Of a stretch of DNA of 64,000 nucleotides, positions 33,799-44,112 are shown in pieces. The translations under genes and the position numbers were made by a program. Source of the stretch: a virus; IMG/VR virus record IMGVR_UViG_3300021519_000007, positions 1 through 64,000 of that record; one strand, 5' to 3'. Within the stretch, counting starts at the first letter, position 1. Every line of letters begins with the position of its first letter. A model generated the notes under the pieces. It searched no databases. It was not told the DNA's origin and was given only the letters and a program-made list of their open reading frames with translations.

Positions 33799-34857
33799 CT
33801 ACTTATTAAATGCGCGGTAAGCCTCTAAATTCCCTAGTAATCTTTTATCTTCTGGTGCATAAGATACTGCATTTTCTCCGTGCTTTTCCGCCTCTCCCAC
33901 CAATCCTAGATTATATGAGGACACAGCAGCCAGATCGTGAGGCAGAGAACCCCACGCTGGTTCCTCACAAAGATACTCCAATGGCTTCTCCGTGATCTCT
34001 AGGGCCCTCTTAGAAGCCGCTAGACAGGCCTCCCAGCGCATCTGGTCATGATAGTACAAAGACAACTCAACCCAGCCTTCGCGCCTCTCAGGGGCCTCTG
34101 CACACGCCCTAAGCAGCCACTGCTCTCTGTTCTGGGTTTCTATCTCTGCGATGTACCGCATCGACCTAGCGCGCTCTGGGGCCCACAGGGCGCGTGGCAG
34201 GCTTAGATGGCGCTTAAATTCTGCCAGCGCTTCGTCACGCCTTTGATAGAAGAAGAGTTCTCTAGCGTAATAAAATGCATTTCTATCATCGTCTGGGTCC
34301 TCTTCGACAGAGAGGGCCAGCAAGGGTAGGTAGGAGGATCGGGACTTTGTGTGGTCGGGGTGATGGTGAATCTCAATCTCCGAGTACCAGTTCTGAGTTT
34401 CATGTCCTGTTGTCGAACCAATTACCTCGTGAACGGGATGCTTCCACCTGTAGTTCTTACGGGCATGAATCTTGTCTCCGCCGTAAGTCAGCCCCTCAGA
34501 TCCGTCAGTGTTCCACGACCAGACATACTTGTAGCGGGGGCGTGTAACACCTTCAGCATGAGCCTTCTCAAGCCCCTCGCGCCATCCGGGCAGAAGAATC
34601 TCGTCGACATCAAGGGCGATACAATAGTCAAAGTCTTCGGGTATTGCATCAAGGGATGCATTGCGAGCAAGATCAAAACGCCAAGGATCAATCTTAATCT
34701 CAACAACTTCAGCACCGCACTCTTTTGCAAGAGCAACAGTGCTGTCAGTCGAGCCAGTATCGGCAAGCAGGACAAGGTCGGCGTCTTTTGCAGACTCGGT
34801 CCAGCGCTTTATGAACTGCTCTTCGTTCTTGGATATGTTATAGACAGCAACTTTCAT
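33799..34857 (-). CDS. GT2-family glycosyltransferase with TPR repeats
   Basis: ISKNEE...DTGSTD...RFDLARN...LDVDE (DxD)...PVHE; C-terminal helical TPRs (FYYARELF, RREGWVELS). Confidence 0.9.
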   Translation of the reverse strand: MKVAVYNISKNEEQFIKRWTESAKDADLVLLADTGSTDSTVALAKECGAEVVEIKIDPWRFDLARNASLDAIPEDFDYCIALDVDEILLPGWREGLEKAHAEGVTRPRYKYVWSWNTDGSEGLTYGGDKIHARKNYRWKHPVHEVIGSTTGHETQNWYSEIEIHHHPDHTKSRSSYLPLLALSVEEDPDDDRNAFYYARELFFYQRRDEALAEFKRHLSLPRALWAPERARSMRYIAEIETQNREQWLLRACAEAPERREGWVELSLYYHDQMRWEACLAASKRALEITEKPLEYLCEEPAWGSLPHDLAAVSSYNLGLVGEAEKHGENAVSYAPEDKRLLGNLEAYRAFNK

Positions 34858-34863
34858 GCTGCT

Positions 34864-34872
34864 ATTATATCA
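34864..34872 (-). promoter_or_regulatory. Extended -10 promoter giving a leaderless glycosyltransferase mRNA
   Basis: TGATATAAT-AGCAGC-ATG, with no Shine-Dalgarno. Confidence 0.6.
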
Positions 34873-34874
34873 AA

Positions 34875-36293
34875 CTATGCCGTGATTGCAGTGTATGTGT
34901 ACTTGATGAGTAGCGGGGAACCAACCGAGGCGGACGATGATGTGACGCTGAGGTCAACAGTACCCACGCCCATGTCGGCATCAATGGTGGCATCAATCGT
35001 GCTACCGACCTGAATGCGACCGTACTCTGTGATGTAAGCATTTGTTCCGTCTTGAATAATAAGAACCTCAGTAACCATGTAATCACTACCCTGCTGAAGG
35101 GTGATCATAAACTTGGCGGCACGAAGACCGTCGTCAAACGAACCAAACACCGTGGGCGATGTTGCTGTGACGCTGGCAGCACCGTCTGTTGATTCAATGA
35201 CGGTGTCGGTTAGCGTTACTGCTGTATCAGATAGGCGCTCTACGGCATTAATACTATAGGTAAGACCGCTGGTTAGGTCGATACCCGAATTGAACTGCCA
35301 GTATTGGCGGGGAGACTCGTTCTGCCAGAGGATTGAGTGGTCGGTGTCACCCTTGAGGACAATACCACCGCCATCAGCGGTTACATCAGACGCCGTCGCT
35401 GGCGCGACTGGAGTACCAAGTTCAATATTGATGTCGTTAACTGTAAGAGTTGTGGACTCAATAGTGGTTGTGGTGCCATGAACGGTAAGGTCACCACCAA
35501 CAACAAGATTTTGATTGACTGTCGTTGTGCTCGTGCCCGTTGTGGAACCAATTGAGATGTTGGTCGTTGAACCGGCGATACCATTTGTACCGATTTCAAC
35601 TGTCTTAGTTTCGGTATCGTCGGTTGCACCCGTGGCCAGATAGTAACTAGACGTGCCGGTTGATGCTGTCGCGATGTTTAGGTTCTGAGCCGCCGTAGCG
35701 TTGGCAATTGTTAGATTGGTTGAGGAAACAAAAGCCTCAAACGTTGCGTCACCATCAATAGAAACTTGGAACGTAGGCTCATAATTGAAGACAAGTTCGC
35801 CAGAAGAACCGGAGAAACCAGTTTCGTCGGAGATATTGCCAGCCAGTTCGGCAGATGTTGTTGCAGCAAAATCGCTTAGTTTGTTTGAAGTGGTAGCGAG
35901 TGTGCCAGTTGTCGGGAACGTGACCGTGGTGTCGCCAGTAAGAGTGAACGTCGCATCGAATGCGCCAGACAGTTCAAGTGCTCCGCCAAGGGTAATGGTG
36001 CTGGTTACCAGATTAGAAACGCCAGTACCACCATAATCGGCAGCAATGACATCGCCCTCCCATGCTCCAGTAAGCGTAGAATCGGTGTAAGCGATTGTCT
36101 TCGTGCCGGTGACCGCCCCAAGATAGATCTTGAGGTCGTCGTTATTGCGCCAGAGGTGACCCTCGGATGGAGCAGATGCGTCAGAAGACGAAGGGAAGGA
36201 AATAGACCCTGCGACACCAGCGGCGGCAAGTGTGGTTAGGCCACCAACTTGCAGGCCATTTTTTACAACGAAATCTTTATTGACGGTCGCCAT
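34875..36293 (-). CDS. Neck/whisker-like fibre protein
   Basis: KDFVVKNGL N-terminus, Thr-rich beta shaft (GDLTVHGTTTTIESTTL), and C-terminal AAKFMI...EVLIIQDGTNAYITEYG domain. Confidence 0.65.
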   Translation of the reverse strand: MATVNKDFVVKNGLQVGGLTTLAAAGVAGSISFPSSSDASAPSEGHLWRNNDDLKIYLGAVTGTKTIAYTDSTLTGAWEGDVIAADYGGTGVSNLVTSTITLGGALELSGAFDATFTLTGDTTVTFPTTGTLATTSNKLSDFAATTSAELAGNISDETGFSGSSGELVFNYEPTFQVSIDGDATFEAFVSSTNLTIANATAAQNLNIATASTGTSSYYLATGATDDTETKTVEIGTNGIAGSTTNISIGSTTGTSTTTVNQNLVVGGDLTVHGTTTTIESTTLTVNDINIELGTPVAPATASDVTADGGGIVLKGDTDHSILWQNESPRQYWQFNSGIDLTSGLTYSINAVERLSDTAVTLTDTVIESTDGAASVTATSPTVFGSFDDGLRAAKFMITLQQGSDYMVTEVLIIQDGTNAYITEYGRIQVGSTIDATIDADMGVGTVDLSVTSSSASVGSPLLIKYTYTAITA

Positions 36294-36300
36294 TGTTCTC

Positions 36301-36708
36301 CTAGAACTTGGTTCTTATTATTTTTATTTCTACCGGGTCTAACGATGAGGCGGTTAAACATTGTGCATACAGCACAATATCCGTTCCTACAATATCTGCG
36401 TAGAACATAACATCTAGTTCTCCAATACTTAAGGATGCGTACTCCACCCAATCTAAGTCTGTACCGTTATGAATTATCTTGAAGTCTGATGCTGTTCTAT
36501 CTGTTCCCCGGCTACATCTAATTACATAATTAGCCATCCCGTATAGCGTTCCATCTAGAATGTTTATTGCGTAGTTGACAGAAGACGTCAGATTGACCGT
36601 GAAGTTGTCTAGTCCACTGGGACCGGTCGGTCCGGTTACCAAAGGGCCTACCTCGCCCTGCGGTCCGGTCGGCCCCGTTGGTCCGTATTTTCTTTGGACG
36701 GCAGTCAT
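36301..36708 (-). CDS. Small fibre-associated protein (GPT stub plus a domain paralogous to the C-terminus of 34875-36293)
   Basis: [11 protein letters not shown]; ANYVIR...FKIIHNGTDLDWVEYA aligns by eye with AAKFMI...VLIIQDGTNAYITEYG. Confidence 0.55.
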   Translation of the reverse strand: MTAVQRKYGPTGPTGPQGEVGPLVTGPTGPSGLDNFTVNLTSSVNYAINILDGTLYGMANYVIRCSRGTDRTASDFKIIHNGTDLDWVEYASLSIGELDVMFYADIVGTDIVLYAQCLTASSLDPVEIKIIRTKF

Positions 36709-36720
36709 TCAACGACCACC

Positions 36721-37566
36721 TTAGTTGTAACCGCGACCCATGTAACGGGCGCGCATGGGCGCAGGAACAAGACGACCAGCCTTTGAGGAGACAAGAAGTT
36801 TGCTCTTGCCAAGACCGAAGTACTGGCGCTTCCATAGCGTTAAGACGCGACGGTATTGCTTGTCCTCAACTTCCAGAACCTTAAGCCAAGTTTCCTGATA
36901 TCTTCTTCTATCTAGATAACCGACAGGAGAATTGTCAACATCCGGCTGCTCGGAGTACGATCTCACAAGATGTCTGATTGTGGAAATCAAAATTCCATGA
37001 GACAATAGGGCGCCGCCGTTATGATCAAGTGGGAAACTGCTATCTGTGAATGCGGTAATCGGCTGCTGGACATTGATATCAAGCAAGACTTCTGGGACAA
37101 GGGATCTCATCTTCGACTTGTCAAAGCGAGCCATTGTCATGTCTCTCAGCCATGGGCCACCAATCTCAGAATCAAAACAATCCTCAAGTTTTCTCCAGGC
37201 CATATCAACCCACGGATCAATGGGGCTGGCACCAGTGGACTCAAATGGATCAATAGCGTCAAAGTCAACGATGATTGTTCGTCTCTCGCCGTTACTCAGA
37301 ACGAACTGGGCAGTTGCGAGATATTCTCCGGGCTCTGTTATCTGCGAAGAGTCAACTAGATACTGCGCATGGCCGTCGGCGACAACAGTCCCAGGATCGT
37401 TTGTAATAGCGGGGACGGTCTCAGATGGCTTCTTGATAGTGAAGAGGACTTGCCTAATGGCAGTCAGGGGAATTAGTGTCTCATCATCTGCTTCATATAT
37501 ATATGCTTCAAGAAGTGCGGTATCATTTATGAATACACGCTTTTGTCGCTCGTAGCCAAATGACAT
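36721..37566 (-). CDS. Head-to-tail adaptor with N-terminal Ig/BppU-like domain
   Basis: DCFDSEIGGPWL...LVRSYSEQP...DRRRY..W resembles Bxz1-type adaptors; located after the capsid gene. Confidence 0.55.
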   Translation of the reverse strand: MSFGYERQKRVFINDTALLEAYIYEADDETLIPLTAIRQVLFTIKKPSETVPAITNDPGTVVADGHAQYLVDSSQITEPGEYLATAQFVLSNGERRTIIVDFDAIDPFESTGASPIDPWVDMAWRKLEDCFDSEIGGPWLRDMTMARFDKSKMRSLVPEVLLDINVQQPITAFTDSSFPLDHNGGALLSHGILISTIRHLVRSYSEQPDVDNSPVGYLDRRRYQETWLKVLEVEDKQYRRVLTLWKRQYFGLGKSKLLVSSKAGRLVPAPMRARYMGRGYN

Positions 37567-37579
37567 CTCATATATTAAT

Positions 37580-37612
37580 AGAAAGGGACCGCCTCAAAAA
37601 GAGGCGGCCCCC
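37580..37612 (-). terminator. Intrinsic terminator
   Basis: GGGGCCGCCTC-TTTTT-GAGGCGGTCCC then TTTCT. Confidence 0.7.
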
Positions 37613-37624
37613 AACTATTATTGC

Positions 37625-38113
37625 TTACCTTTTTTCTACGCCGCCAAAAACGGGGAGATCAGGTGATACAGCAGGGGCCGCGGGCTCTCCGGTGCGGTCT
37701 GCAGGAACTGGATTTTCCACGGTGCCAACGGCATTCGAACGCATGGGGTTCGTGTCGCCAGTGCGGATGTCATTCCAGGTAGATCTTTTCTCAGCATTGA
37801 CAAGCCCAACAGTTTTGGACTGGTCAGACATGCGCTCTAGTTTGAATGCCAAGTCGGTCTCCATGGCCGTCTTTGCGGCACGCTCACCGTACTGGATCTT
37901 CTTAGCCTCAGCAGACGAGATGATCTCAAACGATAGGCCTATGTTGCGGCCAAATGCTGGATGATCTGTGATATCAGCGGGTACTTCAACCCAATCACCG
38001 CTCTGTCCACGACGCTGGAGGGTGATGTGATACGGATCTTTGCTTGAACCAAAGCGCAGGTTCACGGGTACTGCATGAAGATTTCTAATAATCTTTTTTG
38101 TCTTGGTCGCCAT
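37625..38113 (-). CDS. Hypothetical virion-module protein
   Basis: 162-aa ORF with AGGAG RBS and TGCTAAAAT upstream (38168-38176). Confidence 0.7.
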   Translation of the reverse strand: MATKTKKIIRNLHAVPVNLRFGSSKDPYHITLQRRGQSGDWVEVPADITDHPAFGRNIGLSFEIISSAEAKKIQYGERAAKTAMETDLAFKLERMSDQSKTVGLVNAEKRSTWNDIRTGDTNPMRSNAVGTVENPVPADRTGEPAAPAVSPDLPVFGGVEKR

Positions 38114-38183
38114 GATGTTCTCCTAATGTGACTGCCCCTAGAGTATTCTAGGGAGCATGGCTATTTTATTTTAGCAGATATTA

Positions 38184-38456
38184 CTATCTTCTAAATTCTT
38201 TATAGAGCATGTTGTTTAACTTTTGCAGTTCTGCACCGCTAAGTGTTTCAATTTTTTGCTGGATCTGGAGCATAAATTTACGCTTCATTGAAGCGTCTTG
38301 GGATTCCGGACTTTTATTATACGGACTATCGCCGTACCAGCCGCCTTCTCCCGGTGCCCACTCTCTGGGCCAGTCAGGATTTTTCAAGAGGGGGTGCTCT
38401 GCGGACTCTTTGTATTCAGACCATCGTTCATTTGCTGTTTCAAATTTGAATGGCAT
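38184..38456 (-). CDS. Hypothetical protein (start revised to ATG 38456)
   Basis: The track start (38504) lies inside the capsid terminator; MPFKFETANERW is the plausible start. Confidence 0.55.
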   Translation of the reverse strand: MPFKFETANERWSEYKESAEHPLLKNPDWPREWAPGEGGWYGDSPYNKSPESQDASMKRKFMLQIQQKIETLSGAELQKLNNMLYKEFRR

Positions 38457-38483
38457 TATAACTATTAAGTTGAGTTGTCGACC

Positions 38484-38517
38484 AAAAGAAAAGGGCCGAG
38501 GCATAAGCCCCGACCCT
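38484..38517 (-). terminator. Intrinsic terminator after the major capsid gene
   Basis: AGGGTCGGGGC-TTAT-GCCTCGGCCCT followed by TTTCTTTT. Confidence 0.85.
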
Positions 38518-38543
38518 GTTCTCCGAACTCTGACTCGTAAAGA

Positions 38544-39599
38544 TTACGAGTAAAGACCGCGCTCTGCGATGTTGGTGATGACACCCGAGTTCTGATGCGC
38601 ATCCGACTTGAGGATACGAGCAAGACCACGAGCGTTAAGCACGAGCATGCCCACGAGTTCGTCCATGACGAAGCCCTTGTAGAACTGCTCGACCTGATGG
38701 TTCTCTTCCACGTCAAGAGAGTACATGACGGGGAAGACGCCGACATAATTCGGCTCAGCAGCAAGGAAGATCTCGCCCTGAGGAACAATGACTGACTTCA
38801 TGAGTTGGAACTCACCGAACTGGGTGATGGATTCGCCGTTGACGACCTTGTCCTTGAAGGCCCAACCCGTCATGTTGACGTCCCATGTGTAGAGGTCACG
38901 CATGTCCTGCGGATGCATGAGCATACGCTTAGCCTCTAGTTGTTCAATCTCGACCATCGAAACGGCAGAGTAGAAGTCCACTGGCTCAAGAGGAGAACCA
39001 GCACCGACAAGAACGGTCTTCTCTCTCTCGTAGCCGCCTGGACCCTGCGAGATGCCTGTCTGGACACCACCGACGGGGTTGAGGCCAGCCGTACCGTAAT
39101 CGGTAATGGCGGATTCTAGGAGCAGGATTAGACGATAATCTTCCTGCTTCTGGATGGCCTGACGCGATTCGTCCTGAGCGTACTCAATGGCGTTAACGCG
39201 TAGGTAGTAAAGATCTTCCTTACGCACACGCGGGAATGCCGCGATGCGGAAGAGGTTCGGGAAGGCTTGCTTGCCTTCAAAAACCTGAACCTTGACTTCG
39301 GCGTCTGTCTGGTTAAGGACATACGCCATGCCGAGATCGTCAAGGATGTCGTAAGGCATGAGGGGACCGCGTTCGAGAGTATCTTCGACGAGGACATTGC
39401 GGACAATGCCTTCGTAGCGAAGACGGATCTGGATTGGGCCGATCATACCTTGACCGATGCGTTGCATCGCGTTGGTCTTGTCAGCGAGAATCTGAGCGAG
39501 ACGTTCCTTCTTCTGCGAAGATGTCAACTTCGGAAGGTTCGCCAACTTCTGCTCGTATTCAGCACTGGAGACCGCTTTTCTGGCTGTTACTAGGCTCAT
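38544..39599 (-). CDS. Major capsid protein (HK97-fold, Bxz1-like)
   Basis: RIGQGMIGPIQIRLRYEGIVRNVLVED...AIQKQED...ITQFGEFQ...GVFPVMYSLDVEE...NARGLARI; GC3-biased codons; followed by a terminator. Confidence 0.88.
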   Translation of the reverse strand: MSLVTARKAVSSAEYEQKLANLPKLTSSQKKERLAQILADKTNAMQRIGQGMIGPIQIRLRYEGIVRNVLVEDTLERGPLMPYDILDDLGMAYVLNQTDAEVKVQVFEGKQAFPNLFRIAAFPRVRKEDLYYLRVNAIEYAQDESRQAIQKQEDYRLILLLESAITDYGTAGLNPVGGVQTGISQGPGGYEREKTVLVGAGSPLEPVDFYSAVSMVEIEQLEAKRMLMHPQDMRDLYTWDVNMTGWAFKDKVVNGESITQFGEFQLMKSVIVPQGEIFLAAEPNYVGVFPVMYSLDVEENHQVEQFYKGFVMDELVGMLVLNARGLARILKSDAHQNSGVITNIAERGLYS

Positions 39600-39624
39600 A
39601 GTTAATTATATTCCTGTTCTTATA

Positions 39625-40224
39625 TTAGACGAGAAGTTCGATGATGATGGCTTTGTCTGAAAGGCGCTTGACTAGACGTGCTGTCGAGTTGTGCCAATCT
39701 ATGCCGGGACGAGCACTGTTGTCCCAGTAAAGGCGACCAGACTCTTCGTTACCGGTCATGTAGATCTCGTTCGACGCTGTGCCGTCTTCGTCTGCGGCTT
39801 CAGCGGAAAGACCGCTGTCGTCGAACACTGGGGCGAGGACTTCGTAGACCGAGCCAACACCGCGCCAGACACCGACTTCGGAACCGCCGGGGCGGGTACC
39901 GTCTGTGCCGATTTCATTTAGTTCGCCACCAACGAAGTTGGCAAAAAGACCGAATGCACGACGAGCGCCTTCTTGTGTGCCGTCGTCGTCGTTGTACTGT
40001 GCTGCGCACTGCGGGCGAACTGTCTCGCCAACGGTCTTTAGAGCAACCATACCGGGCCAAATTGCAGCCTTGCCAGCGTGATCAGAATCGTCAAACGGGT
40101 TGGTCTGTGTGCGGTCGAACGAGGGATCAAGCGCAACCGCGTAGGGGTAACCCTGTGTCTGAGCGTAAAGAGCGCGCAGAGTGCGACGGCGATTGACGTT
40201 TGCAAGATTTTGTAGTCTTAGCAT
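39625..40224 (-). CDS. Capsid decoration / cement protein
   Basis: RRTLRALYAQTQ...IWPGMV...FGLFANFV...EVLAPVFD; lies between the protease and capsid genes. Confidence 0.6.
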   Translation of the reverse strand: MLRLQNLANVNRRRTLRALYAQTQGYPYAVALDPSFDRTQTNPFDDSDHAGKAAIWPGMVALKTVGETVRPQCAAQYNDDDGTQEGARRAFGLFANFVGGELNEIGTDGTRPGGSEVGVWRGVGSVYEVLAPVFDDSGLSAEAADEDGTASNEIYMTGNEESGRLYWDNSARPGIDWHNSTARLVKRLSDKAIIIELLV

Positions 40225-40258
40225 GTTGGAATTATCTCCTGTTTTCTTTTATTTAAAC

Positions 40259-42715
40259 TTACATGAATAGGGATGAGTCATCGGTTTCTTCCGATGAAAC
40301 AACCGTTGAAGAATGTGTCTGGAAGTTGGCTGTCTTTAGTGAAGGAACACGACCGGCAACCTTTTTAGAGGCCGTACGGACCGAACTCTTCTTCACACGG
40401 ACTAGCGTCTCTTCGCGAGCATCTAGTTCCTGAGACGACTCCTTCTCTAGGGAAGCAGCCCGCTCGAACTTGTCACCCTCTTCGATGAGGCCAAGTTGAA
40501 TCTCGGTCTCAGCGATCTTGAGCGAACGGAAGATGTGTGAACGAACATCATCTTCACTTGAGAAGGCGGTGCCAATGGGACCACCAAGGCTGTTAGCGTT
40601 CTCACTTGTGATTGGGTCACCGACATGGAAGTCGTCTGAACCAAACGTTTTGGTGTGATCACCAACCTCTTCGAGAAGCGGTGCGTCAACGGAGACACGA
40701 TCCTGGGCTTCAGCACCAGGAGCAGTGACACCGCTTGCGGCGGCCTCCTTACGGGCCTTCTTGACGGCCTTAGTGTCGAAGAGCATCTCTTCTACAACAT
40801 CAAGAACGAGATCAGTACCAGCGGCATCGAGCATGGCCAGGACCTGGTTGCGCTTAATGCCAAGGACACCGGCCATCTTCTTAGATGCCTTTTCCTTCTT
40901 GTCCTTCTTTTCTTCCTTCTCGTCGTCCTTATCGTCGCACTTGCAGGGCTTCTTACCGCATTCCTTGCAGGTGTCGTCGTCTTCGTCGCTGGCGGCCGAC
41001 TTCTTCTTCTCGTCCTTCTCTTCTTTCTCTTCTTTTTCCTCAGACTCTTCGGACTTCTTGTTTTCGCCCTCTTCGTCTTCTTCCTTCATTTTCTTATCCT
41101 CCATCTTTTTCTTAATGAAATCAGGCATTTCGCCAGACTCATGTACGGAGGCAGCAACACCAATTGGGCCCTGACCAGCAGAGCCTACTTCGGAAGTAAC
41201 TGGATCCTCCTGACCTTCGTCAGGGAATGTCATTGTGGCGGGGGCAGGACCAGCGTCAACAGCCATCTCGGGATCTTGATGCTCGGTATGCCCATCGCTC
41301 CATACGGGCTCAGCAGCAGTCTTAGAGGACAGGTAGTCTTCTAGATTACTGAGGGCCTGACTGAGTTTGTCTTGTTCGCTCATATTTTGGATTTCCTTCG
41401 TATTCGATTCGACAGGTTTCTGTGGATTCTTCAGTGTTTTAGGGTTTACAACCTTATCGTTTGTAATACGATTGGGAGGTAGAGTTGGTTTTTCAACTCT
41501 TGTTAGCAGACCGGCGTCTTTAACAATTTCCCACTCGCTATTTACAACTTTTGTATTAGTATCTTTTACAGTAGCAAAAGTACCAATACCCGCACCGCCC
41601 CCACCAAATCCACCACCTGGATTGTCAAAGGCACTACCTGCGGACGGCCCGCCCTTAATAGCCGGGCTTGGAAGACCGGACGGGGAATTTGGAACCATTT
41701 CGCCAGAGTTTGGACCGGGAACCATATCCGGGTTTGGACTAAGTTCAGAAAGATTCTGACGAGCCTGATCTATATCTGGATCCGAGAGGCTTTGTGGCGG
41801 TTGATTCTCATCAAGATTTACATCGGCCGGTTGGTCGTAACCGCAGACCTCACACTGGCCGCTTGCCATATCGTTACCGCACTGAGGGCAGGGCTTCTCT
41901 TGGCGAAGCGTATCAACCTCATCGGGGACCTTCACTAGATCCGACTGTGGCGTCGTATCCTTTTTGGTTTCGGCGGGATGATGCTCATGGATGAGAGCGG
42001 TTTTCGCTTTTGAGATCTTGTCAAGCACTAAAGCGGTGCTGTCGGCAGGATCAAACACGTAGGAGATCTCAAAGAAGTGAACGTCGTAGCAGTCCTCGTA
42101 AGACTTACGACTGCTCCTGCTTCCCGTGCTGGACTCAAAAAAATCAAACGAAGCACCCTTGCTCTTAATATGGTCGCAATACTCTTGGACGCTTGTGGCC
42201 CAGTTGCTACAGATGTTGCACTGGGTGCGCTCGACGTTAGCGCCCATTGACACTGAGTCAATGTCACCAGAGATGATTGCCTGAGCCAGTTTGGGGAACT
42301 GACGAGCATCCGTCTCTAGCAGTAGTTCAATCCATGTTGGTGGCTTGTGGTTGTCGGGAGCGGTAGCATAGTAGGGATCGAGCGCTGATGCCTTCTGTAA
42401 ATCGTCATCAATATGAAGGCGGGCATCAACAACAACGCCACGAGCGCGGGTCGGGTCGCTGTTATTGTGGTCAACAAAGATAGGCTTGCCAATAAATGTG
42501 TTATATGCTTTTGCCAGTTCTTCTGAGGGCCATCCATCATTGTTTTTATTTACACGGCTAGAGATGGCCCGCACCTTGGTGTAGATGTAGCCGTCCTCTA
42601 GGCGGTAGTTGGTCTTGTCGCCGATAGAAGCAAACTTCTCAAGGCTGGCATTCTCAGTTCGGCTGGCGCTGGTTCTAAAGTCTAGAATTTCTGCTTTGGC
42701 AAATTTAGTAATCAT
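40259..42715 (-). CDS. Capsid maturation protease fused to scaffold-like region
   Basis: NKNNDGW...FIGKPIFVDHNN...RARG...VSMG...CNIC...FFEISYVFDPAD protease motifs and a highly charged C-terminal half. Start revised to the TAATG overlap at 42715. Confidence 0.8.
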   Translation of the reverse strand: MITKFAKAEILDFRTSASRTENASLEKFASIGDKTNYRLEDGYIYTKVRAISSRVNKNNDGWPSEELAKAYNTFIGKPIFVDHNNSDPTRARGVVVDARLHIDDDLQKASALDPYYATAPDNHKPPTWIELLLETDARQFPKLAQAIISGDIDSVSMGANVERTQCNICSNWATSVQEYCDHIKSKGASFDFFESSTGSRSSRKSYEDCYDVHFFEISYVFDPADSTALVLDKISKAKTALIHEHHPAETKKDTTPQSDLVKVPDEVDTLRQEKPCPQCGNDMASGQCEVCGYDQPADVNLDENQPPQSLSDPDIDQARQNLSELSPNPDMVPGPNSGEMVPNSPSGLPSPAIKGGPSAGSAFDNPGGGFGGGGAGIGTFATVKDTNTKVVNSEWEIVKDAGLLTRVEKPTLPPNRITNDKVVNPKTLKNPQKPVESNTKEIQNMSEQDKLSQALSNLEDYLSSKTAAEPVWSDGHTEHQDPEMAVDAGPAPATMTFPDEGQEDPVTSEVGSAGQGPIGVAASVHESGEMPDFIKKKMEDKKMKEEDEEGENKKSEESEEKEEKEEKDEKKKSAASDEDDDTCKECGKKPCKCDDKDDEKEEKKDKKEKASKKMAGVLGIKRNQVLAMLDAAGTDLVLDVVEEMLFDTKAVKKARKEAAASGVTAPGAEAQDRVSVDAPLLEEVGDHTKTFGSDDFHVGDPITSENANSLGGPIGTAFSSEDDVRSHIFRSLKIAETEIQLGLIEEGDKFERAASLEKESSQELDAREETLVRVKKSSVRTASKKVAGRVPSLKTANFQTHSSTVVSSEETDDSSLFM

Positions 42716-44100
42716 TATTCCCAGCGATTCCAATCTGATTCAAGTTGCTCTTGTCCCGCCATTGGCTCTTGTTCTGCCTCTAGGTTGTTCTGTGTTGGAG
42801 AGACGTTAGATCCTAGGTCGTCCTGGCGCTGACGTGGAAGCGCAGCGGCGGGATTGCCTGGTGTTCTTGCGCCGCGATACCAGTCAATTGGACCGCGACC
42901 ATTCTCCTTATACCCTCTACCAACGGCCTCCAATGAGCGAGTCATCCAGTTCTGACCATGCTTGTATCTTGAGAACCCGCGCAACTTTGCAAGTTCATCT
43001 ATGTGGGTTGCCATGCCCTCGGGCTTAATACTTCGGATTCCCGTAATTGCCGGTCTCGCATCCGGCCGTTTGCTCGGACCCTCTTCGGGGTCCACCCATG
43101 TTGGGTTTTCCTGATAGGGTGTTAAACTAATTACAGACTCCCCGGTTTTGTCTTGTTCAAGTCTCACTCCAAGTTCATCAAGAAATGCTCTGATTTTAAA
43201 CGAAACATCCGTGTTGGTTTCTTTTCCGTACGCCTCTTCTTCGTCAACAAACTTTTTAATCTTCTTGAGGATTTCGTTGGGAACTTTTTGTCTCATGGAG
43301 AAACCAGGTCTTGACTCCGCGTAGGGGCTGATCCCTTTCATATCTTTGCGGGGTTCATCCTTGTCCTTATCATCTCTTTTCCTGTTTTCCGCAGGCTCTC
43401 CTCCGACCATCTCTGTCTCTAGTCCGTCCTCATCGTTTGACGTTCCGGTTTCAGCAACCTCAGCCCTGGGAACCAGAATGTCACGTGCTTCTTCGTCACG
43501 CTCTGTTGCTGAGGTTTTAAGGGTGGCGAAATAAAAGCCACCTTTTTCTTCAATGCTCGCAATTTTATATTGCGGTGAAAACTCTCTTATAAGTTCCAGC
43601 CTCGCAACACTTTTCAAAACATTCGCCTCACGGGAAACGGTCAGGGACGAAACGACCCCCATCTGTTCAGATAGACCATACGGTGGCTGTTTGGGATCAG
43701 GAAGTGGCGTCAGGTCATCCTCCTCCTCTTTGTCCAGAACACTGACTAAGGGCTTCTCTTGATCAAGATCGTTGATTTCAATATCTCTCTCGCCCGGAGC
43801 ACTATTCTTTTCTTCACTGATACTATCAACGTCATTTTTGATCTCTTTGAGGAGATCAAGAATGCGATTCATCTTATCTTCTTCGGTCTTCTCATGCTCT
43901 TCGTCTTCGACCACAACGTCATTGCCATCCTCTGCAATGTAGGCAACACGAATGCGTGTGACAAAGAAGTCGGAATCGTTACCGGCTTCCTTGACTCTTC
44001 TGAATGAGAGGATCTCCGCATCAGGATAGACAGAGTTAATCTCATCAAGTGCATCAGCGCTTGTAATATTCGCGGCTCTTTTAAGAATTAATTCTTCCAA
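42715..44100 (-). CDS. Acidic head-region protein (putative internal virion protein)
   Basis: 461 aa, D/E-rich, translationally coupled to the protease gene. Confidence 0.6.
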   Translation of the reverse strand: MEELILKRAANITSADALDEINSVYPDAEILSFRRVKEAGNDSDFFVTRIRVAYIAEDGNDVVVEDEEHEKTEEDKMNRILDLLKEIKNDVDSISEEKNSAPGERDIEINDLDQEKPLVSVLDKEEEDDLTPLPDPKQPPYGLSEQMGVVSSLTVSREANVLKSVARLELIREFSPQYKIASIEEKGGFYFATLKTSATERDEEARDILVPRAEVAETGTSNDEDGLETEMVGGEPAENRKRDDKDKDEPRKDMKGISPYAESRPGFSMRQKVPNEILKKIKKFVDEEEAYGKETNTDVSFKIRAFLDELGVRLEQDKTGESVISLTPYQENPTWVDPEEGPSKRPDARPAITGIRSIKPEGMATHIDELAKLRGFSRYKHGQNWMTRSLEAVGRGYKENGRGPIDWYRGARTPGNPAAALPRQRQDDLGSNVSPTQNNLEAEQEPMAGQEQLESDWNRWE

Positions 44101-44112
44101 AACATTTTCCTC

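Noticed and set aside
40655-41344. 229-aa plus-strand hydrophobic ORF
   Set aside because: Antisense of the K/E-rich scaffold tract.
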